A stretch of DNA of 64,000 nt from contig OX597815.1 of NCBI GenBank assembly GCA_951406725.2, positions 193,192,001-193,256,000 of the forward strand, in the 5' to 3' direction. Shown in pieces: positions 52,054 through 64,000 of the stretch; position 1 is the first letter of the stretch; each line of letters opens with the position of its first letter. The DNA comes from Octopus vulgaris. Lineage: Eukaryota. A model generated the notes under the pieces. It was not told the origin of the DNA, did no database searches, and worked only from the letters and a program-made list of their open reading frames with translations. The position numbers and the translations under genes were made by a program.

Positions 52054-52448
52054 GTGGAGGCACAATGGCCCAGTGGTTAGGACAGCGGACTCGCGGTTAT
52101 AGGATCGCGGTTTCGATTCCCAGACCGGGCGTTGTGAGTGTTTATTGAGCGAAAACACCTAAAGCTCCACGCAGCTCCGGCAGGGGATGGTGGTGATCCC
52201 TGCTGTACTCTTTCACCACAACTTTCTCTCACTCTTACTTCCTGTTTCTGTTGTACATATATTTCAAAGGGCCGGCCTTGTCACTCTCTGTGTCACGCTG
52301 AATATCCCCGAGAACTACGTTAAGGGTACACGTGTCTGTGGAGTGCTCAGCCGCTTACACGTTAATTTCACGAGCCGGCTGTTCCGTTGATTCGGATCAA
52401 CCGGAACCCTCGTCGTCGTAACCGACGGAGTGCTTCAAAAAAAAGAAA
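52054..52448 (+). mobile_element. tRNA-derived SINE family D (possibly tRNA-Arg)
   Basis: A box TGGCCCAGTGG, TCG anticodon-like loop, B box GTTTCGATTCC, A-rich tail. TSD ATCTTAAACAG at 52043 and 52449. Confidence 0.88.
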
Positions 52449-52689
52449 ATCTTAAACAGACATGATGTTTAGCAAGTTTTCATCATAGGGTGACTGTAAT
52501 AGGAAATTATCTGTAAGAATTTTTAGCCAGTCATATCATTATATGGAGCAGGATAAATATATTAGTTTGGTATTTATTTCATCAATCTTTTGACAGAACT
52601 ACAATGGTAACAGTTGCGATCGAAGTAACTGACATACAAAATAGGTACACACAAGTGTGTACGTGTGTGCATAGGTGCGCGCATGAATA

Positions 52690-52735
52690 CTTGTGTGTGT
52701 ATGTGTATGTGCATGCACGTATGTATGCTTGTGTG

Positions 52736-52789
<54 letters not shown>

Positions 52790-52834
52790 CGTGTGTGTGT
52801 GTGTGTGTGTATGTGTGTATGTGCGTGTGTGTGT

Positions 52835-52877
<43 letters not shown>

Positions 52878-52890
52878 TGTGCATGTGTGA
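52690..52890. repeat. (GT)n microsatellite
   Basis: Direct reading. Confidence 0.95.
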
Positions 52891-54990
52891 ATGAATGCAT
52901 GACGGGTTTCCTGAAACTTTCCGTCGACTAAATTCAACGCACAAAATATTTGTCTACTCAAAACAATGGTAGCGCCTAGCTTCCTGTTGTCGAAGGTATC
53001 GTTCAGTAGGATCAAAGTTGGAAACCTCTGCTTGTGGAAGGAATTTATTAACTACAAAGTGATCAGTGTACCGGCCAAAGTAATATAATAGACTTAAATT
53101 AATTGAATATACTTCTCGAACGATATCAATATAATTAAGGTTTAAGCGCGTAATGAAGGTGGGTGAGCTCGGGAAGAGATTTTGACAGAGATGGCCAAAA
53201 CACTAGACAGAAAAGCAAGTTTTTACTGTATACATCTTCATTTCCTAAAACCTGAGTTCACCTAAAACTAAAATCAATTAAATAAGTTCAATAGAAGCAG
53301 ATTAATGAAATCAACTATAATCCTAATTTCCAAATTTAACATTATATCTAATCAAACGGCAATAATGATTTATAACTAAATTAAGTACTCAAAATGATGG
53401 AGGCGGCCATAATGGATTGCTTAGCTAGTTTACATCGCAATCGTAATATTCTTGTCGTAGACCCACTACATGGAATTTTGGGTAAGTGTCATTTACTATA
53501 ATCGCATGTCGATCCAAATCTTGTGATATATATATGGCCGATATGTGTCAAACCTCTGTTGCTACTTCACCAGTAGGACGTTTCAAATGCTATGCTCATA
53601 ATTTGAATATTAATCGATAACCTTTGTCATCATCCAAATCAGACAAAGTAAGTTTCTGTTCTGTCATATAATCGATTTGATTCAATTCTGATATGTCTTT
53701 GCACAATTGAATCAATGAAAGAAATCCTTATATATTCTTAAATGTACAACTAGATTATTCAATACGTTAGACACATAACTAATGTTATAGCGGATTGTGG
53801 GGTTCAGGAACATTCCAAATTTTAAAAAGTTCTCATTTTAATTTTAGTGTGTACGTTTCTTCATCTTCAAAATATCATTTCATCATTTCATCTACTGGGA
53901 GAAAAGGACAAAAATGAATCAGAGACAGGAAGATTAACTTGAATGCTTTCAACGTAGTAAACTCTGCTGAAGGATAGTTTAAATCAACTACATATGATCA
54001 GCCGGGTTCCTCCGATGGATACCCAAACAGCTCCTATCTATGAAATTGTACTACAAGCATTGGTTGATTCGAAGGTATGGTTAATGGCATCTGATAAAAA
54101 TATTGTGTAGCAGGAGAAAGCAAACTCCTGAGTCATATAGCCATGCCTGTGCTTTATTATAATACATTGAGCAAGTTATCAGTTAATACTACATGGATAA
54201 TACAGTAACCCTCGTGTCCCCGTCGGATAACTATAGCTCATTCCCACCTAAAGGCAGAGAAGCAATATTCTAAGTTTCACAACTAAACTGTAGAAATGAA
54301 GAGACTTCACGTGCGGGGAACATTTGCGGAAGCATAGAACCCTTCAAGTGGAACCCTTTCGTAACTCGTACCTCACTGCCCCATTCAAGCAAAGCATACA
54401 GGCTAATGGGTGAGACATTTGTGTCTTTGAGATACCCTCAGATGATACAGAGTCATTTCTGATATTGCAATGGATTCGAGAGTCGAGCTTGCAATAGCTC
54501 TGTGTAACACCTGCAGTTTGACATGGTAAAACATCTCTGATGTTTATTTTACCTATATTCAAAAAACGTATAATCTAGTCATCTTGAATAAATATAGCTT
54601 CCTGTAAAATAAAGATTGTTATTATTGCTGTGGTTGAACTCCAAGCCAATTCTTACTGACCAATTTGGTATTCAAAGCACATCATTTATAAGCATCGTGT
54701 CTTTTATAGGTATTGTATTAGTACTTTATTCCAACTGTTCTTGTTTCTAAGAGACTGTAGACTTTTTGCAATCATAGACATGTCTTTTATCACAAAGAAG
54801 TCAAACTAGCATATAGAGGCTCCATCATTTGTTTGTTTAAGATTATTATCACTATTATTATGATCATTATCATCATCATCATCATCATTATTATATTATT
54901 ATTTTTTTATAAAAGGATTGACGTGACTCTTCCCAAAGGTAAACAGTCAAGACGAAGAGCCTGATTCGATTGTAATAGATATTTTATTGG

Positions 54991-55033
54991 TTGAACAATA
55001 TTTCAACATTAAGTCTGTCTTCGTCAAGTTCAA
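54991..55033 (-). ncRNA. Decayed minimal hammerhead
   Basis: TTGAAC-TTGACGA-A-GACA gacttaa TGTT-GAAA-TA-TT-GTTCAA, with a perfect 6-bp stem I. Confidence 0.55.
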
Positions 55034-55469
55034 AATAAGAAGTAATAAAAATTCAAAATTATAGAAATTTAAACGTAAAGTATGAACGAGAGAAACCAGC
55101 GTCCACACGTTGATGGAATGACATCATTAGTTTTTAAGTTTCCATTTTATTTGCTTAAGTTTTTTCACTGATAGAAATGTCGATTCCTCAATTTCTGATT
55201 CACATTTGAACGGTAAAATATCCTTTGGCCCAGGATTGGGTTCAACTCTGGGGTCTATTGAAACTAACAGGGCTGACAATCCAACTGTAAGAAGGAATAA
55301 AACGTAAAAGCTATAATTTACATTACGATTTTCCGTAGACATCCGGTTGCTTTGATAACTTCCAGAATTTCTATATGATCCAATTCTTATTCTGTGCCAA
55401 TTGGCCTGCTAAGCTTTGTAAAGAGAATCCTTAGGCTAAAAAAATCGCGTATTCTTCATAATTTGACTC

Positions 55470-57372
55470 TAATTCCAAGCAAAGATTCTTAGTTGATACA
55501 GTAGCAGTTTGTTCCATTTGGCCTGCTAAACGTTTAACATAGAAGCATAAGCCTGCTTATTTGACCCCGCAAGCACATCCAAACATTTGGAGAAATTAGT
55601 TTAACTCTAGATTTACATTTAAGAAGAGAATATAAGTGGATTTTCATTGTAGCAGACTTGCCTTATCCTATATTGGGCGTAGATTTTCTTTCACATTAAA
55701 CTTTACTGCTGGACACCGTTACTTCATTGAACATCGAAGGCATGAGATGCAGGAACACGACAATTATTCCATTATATTTTATGGTGTCCTCCGAAAATCG
55801 TTATCACAGGACTTTGAAGAATTACCCTGATATTACAAAACTATTAGCTCCAAAAACTAAATGTGTTCATTCAGTCACTCGTCATATTGTAACCCATGGA
55901 CCACCAAGCTTTTCCAAAGAAATTAAAGATTGGTAAGGCCGAATTTCGTCGCATGTTAGATCTCGGAATAATTCCTCCTTCTATTAGTAACTGGTCAACA
56001 CTTTTAGTTTTGATAAAGAAACATCTCACAGACTGGTATCCATGCGGAGACTTTAGACAGCTTAATGCAAAAACAGAAGAGGATAAATATCTTATTCCCC
56101 ATATCCATAATTTTGCAGCTTCGTTCAAATTGCTGTTGAAAAGAATGATATATCAAAAACAGCAACTACAAATCCATTTGGGTTATATGAATTCTTTAGT
56201 ATGCCTTTCGGATTGAGGAAGGCAGCAAATGCTTTCTAGAGATTCATTGAGACGAAGTAACGAGACATTTACCTTTTGTATTTGCTTATATAGACGATAT
56301 TCTCATTGCTAGTCCGTCAGAAGAAGTTCATGAAAATCACTTAAAACAAATTTTCGAAGGACTGACTAAATATGGTATAGTGATAAATCCATCTAAGTGT
56401 GTTTTCGATGAACGCACTATATCTTGTTTTGGTCATCTCATTGCTAAAGATGGAATTCGCCCACTGCCAGGCAAAGTTGAAGCTATTAACAAATTTCCAG
56501 TACGAAAGCTTAGAGAATTTGTAGGTTTAGGACTCATTAATTTCTACAGACGTTTCATTTCACATTGCACAGGGAATCTATTTCCTTTAACTGAATTATT
56601 AACGAATAGGAAAAAGAAAATTGAAGCTAGAACTTTAAAGAATGAAGAATTACAGGCTTTTCAAAGAATAAAAGGAAAACTGTGTGAAGCAACACTTAAA
56701 CCATCCGGTTCCTGAAGCAAAATTGTCGTTGGTAGTTGATGCTTCCGATGTTGGAATCGGTGGAGTTTTGCAACAGTTTCATTGTGGTTCTTGGCAACCA
56801 TTATCATTCTTTTCAAAATGATTCAAGGCACCAGAAACGAAATACAGCGTTTTCGGCAGAGAACTGTTGGCAGCTTACTTGTCAGTTAAGTACTTCAGAC
56901 ACCTTTACATTGTTTACTGACCATAAACCATTGACACATGCACTAAAAAATTCTTCTGAAAAATATTCTCCCAGAGAAATTAGACACCTTGATCATATTT
57001 CACAGAATACTGTGGATATACGGTGTGTCAAGGGTGTTCAAAATTCTGCAGCTGATGCATTTTCTCAAATGAATGTTGATGCCTTATGTTCACTAAGTAC
57101 TATCAATTTAGAAGAAATGTCTAAATATCAAACTATTGATAAAGAATTTTCCTTATATAAAGATTCCATTTCTACTTCTTTAAGTTTAAATTACTGTCGA
57201 TTCATTCTTCTGAATTATATATTTGATGTGATTTTCTACAGACCATTTGCGCCTGAAAAGCATAGAAAAGTTGTTTTTTCTACTTTGCATTATCTCATCG
57301 TGGTATTGGAGCTTCATTAAAATTAACATCTAGTCGATTTGTTTGGCATGGTAGGAAAAAGGATATTTGTTC
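55470..57372 (+). mobile_element. Degenerate Ty3/Gypsy pol (PR-RT-RH-start of IN)
   Basis: FLVDT, W.PCGDFRQLN, MPFGL, AYIDDILIA, VDASDVGIGGVLQQ, LFTDHKPL, in PR-RT-RH-IN order. Confidence 0.9.
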
Positions 57373-57883
57373 TCGGGTCTGGCTTTGGTCTAATCCTGTT
57401 ATTTGGTTTGCTCTATCTAATGTGATGTTGCTATTTTTAACTAGTTTTCCTCTTTTCAAGGTTGCTTTGGCACGTTTTACTAAGCCAAATTTCATATTTA
57501 TTTCATTGGTAAATTCATATACTATTTCTAGTAATGTTTCCAGCTGTTTATCATTTGTAGCGTACAGTTTTAGGTCATCCATATATAAGAGGTGGCTGAT
57601 TGTTTTGCCGTACCAGTTGTAACCGCGTCCAGTTCTGTTTCGCATGTCAGATAAAGGTGACAGTGCCAAGCAGAAAAGGAGTGGATAGGGTGTATCTCCC
57701 TGGAATATTCCTCTTATAATGCAGACGGCTTTGGCTTTTATGACTCCCTCTCTTGTTCGGATCTGGTATACTGTCTGCCATTTATTCATTGAGTATTGTA
57801 TATTTTTTATGATTATTGGTGCTAACTTGTTCATGGCTAGTGTTTCTAGGATCCATGTGTGGGGAATACTATCAAAAGCCTTC

Positions 57884-57884
<1 letters not shown>
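57373..57884 (-). mobile_element. R4/Dong RT fragment
   Basis: GIFQGDT..PLLFCLAL, HLLYMDDLKL. Homologous to 59565-60057. Confidence 0.85.
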
Positions 57885-57960
<76 letters not shown>

Positions 57961-58118
57961 AAAGTCAAAATTAAAAGAAGAGTGCCATTGTTATCTAGTG
58001 AACGATATTTCGACATCTTGTGTGTGTTATTATTATTATTATCATTATTATTATTATTATTATCATCATCATCATCATCATCATCATCCTCATTATTATT
58101 ATTATTATTATTATTATT

Positions 58119-60310
58119 CAGTAGTTTTATTTTTATTTTTATAGCGTGCTTTCACTTCACTACCGAGCGCAGCTCTGTGTGCCTTGGGTATGTGCTGTGA
58201 TTTGTTGTGATGCTCTGATGGTTATTGTATGGAAAGTGTTCTGCGTAGGATGTGTGCAGTGCCTAGTAGTGCAATTTTCTGTATGTTATATGTGTTTGTA
58301 AGTCCTGGTGTTTTTGTTATGTATTTGTCTGAATATTTTTTTATCATGCCTAATGCACCTACTATGATAGGAATTGTTTCTGTTTTTAGATTCCACATTC
58401 TGGTTACCTCTATTTCCAGGTCTTTGTATTTTGAAAGTTTCTCCATTTCTTTTAGAGACACGTTGTCATCTGCTGGTATTGATACATCAAATAGAAAGCA
58501 TGTTTTTCCTTCATGATCTCTGACAACTATATCTGGTCTGTTGGCCTTAATTTCTCTATCTGTGTGTATTGGCATATCCCAGAGTATGGTTGCTTTCTCG
58601 TTTCCTGTGAGCTTTTCTGGTGTGTGCCTATACTATCTTTTTTCTGTTGTTATTCCACAATGTTGGCATAGCTTCCAGTGTGTGTAGGTCCCAGCTCTGT
58701 CATGTCTGTGAATATATTCCTTCTTAGCCAGGACTGGGCAGCCAGAGATAATATGATTTATTGTTTACTTGTCCATCTCCACATATTCTACAGTTACTTG
58801 TTATAGTTCTTTTCATTAAATGTTTTTGGTAATTTCTGGTGGGGAGGCTTTGGTCTTGTGCTGCAATTAAAAATCCCCCTGTCTCTGCTTTGAGTCCGGA
58901 GCTTCTCAACTATTGCTGGGATTTATCTTTGTCTATTTCTTTTGCATTTAGTTTAGTCCAGTATTTACCATGAAGGGGCTTTTCTTGCCATCGTTTTATC
59001 ATGGTTCTTTGCTGTTCTAGTTTTAGTTTGGATTTCATTTGTTTTATAGCTTTTGTTTCTTCTTCTTCTTCTTCTTCTTCTTCTTCTTCTTCTTCTTCTT
59101 CTTCTTCTTCTTCTTCTTCTTCTTCTTCCTGTTCTTCTTCTTCTTCTTCTTCCTGTTCATATTTATTAGGTGGTATTATTTGTTTGTATTTATCAGCTTC
59201 CTTAAATACTGAGAACAGTTTTTTGTTTTGCTCGTGTTTTACCGCTATTTGTATCAGTTTTCCTTCCTACTGAAGTAGATATTTTTGCAGTCCTATGGTG
59301 GTTATTTTATAGTAGTTTACCAGCTGTATAAGGCCTCTACCACCTTCTATACGTTGTATATATAGACTTTCTATGTCAGATTTTGGGTGATGTATCCTAG
59401 ATCGTGTCATTATTTTTCTTGTTTTCCTATCAATTTTGATCAGTTCATTTAGTGTCCAGTTAAGGATATTGTAGCTGTAACTTATAACTGGGACAGCTAA
59501 AATGTTAATACCTATTATCTTGTTTTTAGCATTGAGCTCTGTTTTTAGTATTGATCTAACTCGTCTATAATATTCTTTTTATTTTCTCTTTCATTTGTGT
59601 GTGTTGTGTCATATCTAGTTCATGGATTCCTAAGTATTTGTAAGTTTGGTTTTGGTCTAATTCTTTTATTTCATTGGTTTTATCTTGTGTGATGTTGCTA
59701 CTCTTAACTAGTTTTCCTCTTTTCAGGGTTACTTTGGTGCATTTTTCTAATCCAAATTTCATATCTATTTCTTTGGTAAATCCATGAACTGTCTTTGATA
59801 GTGTTTCCAGCTGTTTGTCATTTGCATCGTATAGTTTTAGGTCATCCATATATAAAAGGTGGCTGATCGTTTTGCCGTAACATTTATATCCGCATCCAGA
59901 TCTATTTAGCATATCAGATAGAGGTGACAGTGCCAAGCAGAAATAGAGTGGAGAGAGCGTGTCTCCCTGGAATATTCCTCTTTTAATGGGGATGGCTTTG
60001 GTTTTCATGAGTCCCTCTTTTGTTTGAAGCTGTAGCACTGTTTGCCATTTATTCATTTTAAACAAGCACCTGGACGAAAACAACCTGTCTCCAGAAGATC
60101 AGAAAGGATGCCGCAAAGGCTCATATGGCTGTAAAGATCAACTAATGATCAATAAAGCCATAACTGAAGACAGCCACAGAAAGAAGAAAGGCCTCAGTAT
60201 GGCCTGGATCGACTACAAAATGGCGTTTCATAGCATACCCCACACATGGATCCTCGAAACACTAGCCATTAACAAAGTAGAACCAACAATTATAAAGTAC
60301 ATAGGACACT
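58119..60310 (-). mobile_element. R4/Dong LINE, 5'-truncated with 5' inversion, in (TAA)n
   Basis: RT-CCHC-RLE on - (58119-60057) and inverted upstream RT piece on + (60058-60310). Internal (GAA)n expansion at 59058-59150. Confidence 0.9.
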
Positions 60311-60322
60311 TTATTATTATTA

Positions 60323-60399
<77 letters not shown>

Positions 60400-60402
<3 letters not shown>

Positions 60403-61114
60403 TAGTTTTATTTTTATAGCGTTCTTTCACTTCACTACCGAGCGCAGCTCTGTGTGCCTTGGGTATGTGCTGTGATTTGTTGTGATGCTCTGATGGTTAT
60501 TGTATGGAAAGTGTTCTGCGTAGGATGTGTGCAGTGCCTAGTAGTGCAATTTTCTGTATGTTATATGTGTTTGTAAGTCCTGGTGTTTTTGTTATGTATT
60601 TGTCTGAATATTTTTTTATCATGCCTAATGCATCTACTATGATAGGAATTGTTTCTGTTTTCAGATTCCACATTCTAGTTACCTCTATTTCTAGGTCTTT
60701 GTATTTTGAGAGTTTCTCCATTTCTTTTAGAGACACGTTGTCATCTGCCGGTATTGATACATCATTAGAAAGCATTTTTTTTCTTCATGATCTCTGACAA
60801 CTATATCTGGTCTGTTGGCCTTAATTTCTCTGTCTGTGTGTATCGGCATATCCCAGAGTATGGTTGCTTTCTCGTTTTCTGTGACCTTTTCTGGTGTGTG
60901 CCTATACCAACTTTTTTCTGTTGTTATTCCATAATGTTGGCATAGCTTCCAATGTATGTAGGTTCCAACTCTGTCATGTCTGTGAATATATTCCTTCTTA
61001 GCCAGGACTGGGCAGCTAGAGATAATATGATTTATTGTTTCTTGTCCATCTCCACATATTCTGCAGTTACTTGTAATATTTCTTTTCATTACATGTTTTT
61101 GGTAATTTCTGGTG

Positions 61115-61115
<1 letters not shown>
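60400..61115 (-). mobile_element. R4/Dong LINE 3' fragment in (TAA)n
   Basis: CRICG..ETINHIISSC, HRHD, NRPDIV..DVSIP. ATT tracts on both sides. Confidence 0.9.
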
Positions 61116-61182
<67 letters not shown>

Positions 61183-61332
61183 TATTGTCCTGCATCAGCA
61201 TCGTTTTCTTCATCGCTGTTATCATCATCGTCGTCGTCGTCGTCGTCGTCATCATCATCATCATCATCATCATCATCCCCATCAACATCCCTAGAGGTTT
61301 ATGTTAATTTTTATCATTCCTTCCCTTTTCAG

Positions 61333-61443
61333 ATACAACAAACCCAAGCAGAATACGTTGACAATAAGATGGTTGCAGCAGTTCTCGTCACCTTCTGCTG
61401 CTTTTTACCAACAGGCATTGCTGCTATGGTTTATGCAGATAGA
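61333..61443 (+). CDS. CD225/dispanin gene B, exon 3 (last exon lies beyond the window or was not found)
   Basis: ttttcag|...|gtaagt, 111 nt, phase 0-0. IQQTQAEYVDNKMVAAVLVTFCCFLPTGIAAMVYADR. Confidence 0.9.
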
Positions 61444-61479
61444 GTAAGTAAAATACGAACATTTTCATACATTTTATCT

Positions 61480-61647
61480 AGGCGCAGGAGTGGCTGTGTG
61501 GTAAGTAGCTTGTCTACCAACCACATGGTTCCGGGTTCAGTCCCACTGCGTGGCACCTTGGGCAAGTGTCTTCTACTATAGCCTCGGGCCGATCAAAGCC
61601 TTGTCAGTGGATTTGGTAGACGGAAACTGAAAGAAGCCTGTCGAATA

Positions 61648-61726
<79 letters not shown>

Positions 61727-61947
61727 TTGTGTGTGTTTGTGTGTTTGTGTTTGTCCCCTAGCATTGCTTGACAACCGATGCTGGCGTGCTTATGTCCCCG
61801 TTACTTAGCAGTTCGGCAAAAGAGACCGATAGAATAAGTACTGGTCTTACAAAAGAATAAGTCCCGGGGTCGATTTGCTCGTTTAAATGCGGTGCTCCAG
61901 CATGGCCGCAGTCAAATGACTGAAACAAGTAAAAGAAAGTAAAAGAG
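61480..61947 (+). mobile_element. tRNA-SINE family B, full length
   Basis: A box TGGCTGTGTGG, B box GGTTCAGTCCC, internal (TA)n, A-rich tail. Confidence 0.9.
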
Positions 61948-62112
61948 AGTCGTCACTGTGTGATAAAGGTTTGCTTCCCAACCACATGGTTCCGGTTTCA
62001 GTCCTACTGCGCCTACGGCAAGGTTTTTTTTTCTTTTTGCAATAGCCGCGTGTCGATCAAAGGCTTGTGCGTTGATTAAGTAGATGTAAACTAAAAGAAC
62101 CCTGTCATACAT

Positions 62113-62150
<38 letters not shown>
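61948..62150 (+). mobile_element. Old tRNA-SINE at the position equivalent to 15117-15330
   Basis: GTTTGCTTC.CAAC.ACATGG.TCCGG.TTCAGT..TAC.GC...TGCAATAGCC.CGTG shared with the gene A intron. Confidence 0.7.
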
Positions 62151-62153
<3 letters not shown>

Positions 62154-63084
62154 AACATATGAATATATGTGAGCGTGTGCATGTGTGTATGTCTGTGTAC
62201 GCACGCGTTTGTGTATGAGAGAGAGAGAGAGAGAGAGAGAGAGTAAATCTTGAGCGTGTAATCAAATACGCACGCACACAATCACATACATACACACTCA
62301 TACACACGAACATGAATTTAAAAAAAACAGGATATTTGCACATGCATATATATGAGTGTACAATAATTAGGTGTATATATTGGGCATGGCTATATATAAA
62401 TTATAGTCCGAGAAAATGTTGATGTCATCTGTGTCACCGTCACATTATAGATGAGCCGCCATTATTTGAGAAGTAGAGATCTAGAACATAATTAAACCTT
62501 GTTATGTTGAGCAGATTTACTCCATGGATAGTATTTTTGTGAAGTCAGGCAGGGACTCTGCCAGTTTTTTCTCATGTAACGACATTATTATAAGAAGGCA
62601 TGCCTCAAGCCACTTGACATTAGGGAGGTTGAAGTCTCCTAGAGAAAATATTTTGATGCTGTCATGTGCTCTATTTTCCATTGATGATTATTTTTCTACA
62701 TATCTTCATTTCATTCTGTAAAGGAGCAAACTAGTATATTTATTTTAATGGCGTATCAGTAAGCTTCTTAGCCCTAGGTGCCGGGAAGACACTCGGCAAT
62801 AAATGAAAACAAGACTGAAAGAAGAAAATCTAATGATAATAATTATCATTATTACTATAGACTCCAGCACTTGGAGGTACTTTATGAACTCTGAATAGAT
62901 AAATGCCAAATGTGATCTCCAAAAGACTTGAGCTCCAAACATGCAAAGCTGTTTGGAACAGAAGACTTGGACTTTTTCTGCATTAAATCGTATGTTGTTT
63001 TCTTCAGCCCATTTAAAGTGGACTTTCTGTGGAAGATTACCATCAATAGGATCCTCGACTACTTGGGCTACTTTTGCATCGTCG

Positions 63085-64000
63085 TCGTTGCTAGTAAGAG
63101 TGGCTGACTGTGGAACTGAAGCACTTCACTCATAACTAATGTCTCTTTAGAAGCCTCATTGATTACCGAAGCCTGGCTTGTAGATGTTAAGAAGTTATGT
63201 ACTCCTTCTCTACGTTTGCCGACTATGCCGAGTCCTCATAACTTGTGAGATATCATCCCGTGATCAACATTATCAAAGGGTTTGCAAGATCTAAATCCAG
63301 GCATAATGCTGTAAAAGTTGAATACGGTAATTATTCCTGAGCGGAAGCCAAGCTGGGTGTTAGAGAGCAGGTCATTTGTGTTCTAGAACCATGATTAGCT
63401 TCCTCTTCACAATCCTTTACATAACTTCGCTACATGGGCCAGTTTCGATCGGCCTTTGCAAATTACTCTAACTTTTAGGGTTAGAAAATAAGTGTTTTTA
63501 TTTACATTTTTTTTTAGATTTTTTAACTTTATCCCAGATCTCATAGGCACAAAAGACTATTCTATCATCAAGATCATAATCACTCATAATTTTATTAGCT
63601 TCTGACTTAATGGACCTTATGAGATTTTTACTTACTGCTTTCTTCTTTCTTCATTAATTCATGATATTTACGGTGGTATTTTCCTTTGATGAACTAAGTA
63701 ATTTGTGTTTTTTACTTGTTATTTACAAAGAACAATACTTTTGCATCGTCATTGTAGCTAGTAAGAGTGACTGGCCGTATAACTGTAGCATTTCACTCGT
63801 AACTAATGTCTCCTTGGAGGCCTCATTGACTACCGATGCCCGGCTTCTATGGTCTAAGAAGTCACGTATCCCTTCTCCCCGTTTGCCGACTATGCCGAGT
63901 CCTCATAGCTTGTGACATATCACCCCATGATCAATATTATCAAAGGGCCAGTATGATCTATAGCCATACATAGGGTTTCAAAAGTTGAGTGCGGTAATCT
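63085..64000 (-). mobile_element. CR1-like RT fragments, duplicated (~63085-63290 and ~63745-63947)
   Basis: TQLGFRSG, FDNVDHGMISHKL remnants in two diverged direct copies. Confidence 0.6.

Noticed and set aside
52054-52130. tRNA genes (also 19660-19730, 20595-20665, 61480-61556)
   Set aside because: tRNA-like heads run into SINE bodies with tails or TSDs, and the cloverleaf stems are imperfect.
60952-61581. 209-aa ORF as a single-exon gene
   Set aside because: It is a chance read-through of antisense LINE, microsatellite, the true 111-nt exon and a SINE.

Overview
This is an AT-rich, microsatellite-dense animal genomic window with no prokaryotic features. The SINE and repeat landscape looks cephalopod/Octopus-like (inference, no database search). 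Host content is two tandem, + strand, multi-exon CD225/dispanin (IFITM/PRRT1-like) paralogs. Gene A contributes its last two exons (14946-15056, 18302-18463). Gene B contributes its promoter and first three coding exons (39444-39453, 51732-51988, 61333-61443). Most of the rest is nested mobile DNA: R4/Dong-type RLE LINEs embedded in trinucleotide microsatellites, Tx1-like elements (one ORF1-only), RTE, CR1, a near-complete Hero element plus a tandem partial copy, Penelope-like remnants, Gypsy pol, a solo LTR, Tc1/mariner, Helitron pieces and at least four tRNA-SINE families. The most notable hidden signal is a set of 6-9 type I hammerhead-ribozyme folds in Penelope-type or non-coding repeats. 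These include U3-A8 compensatory variants, one split by an inversion, and an inverted pair in a non-coding retrozyme-like unit. There is also a six-unit CRE-N12-CCAAT array. All coordinates and folds were read by eye.
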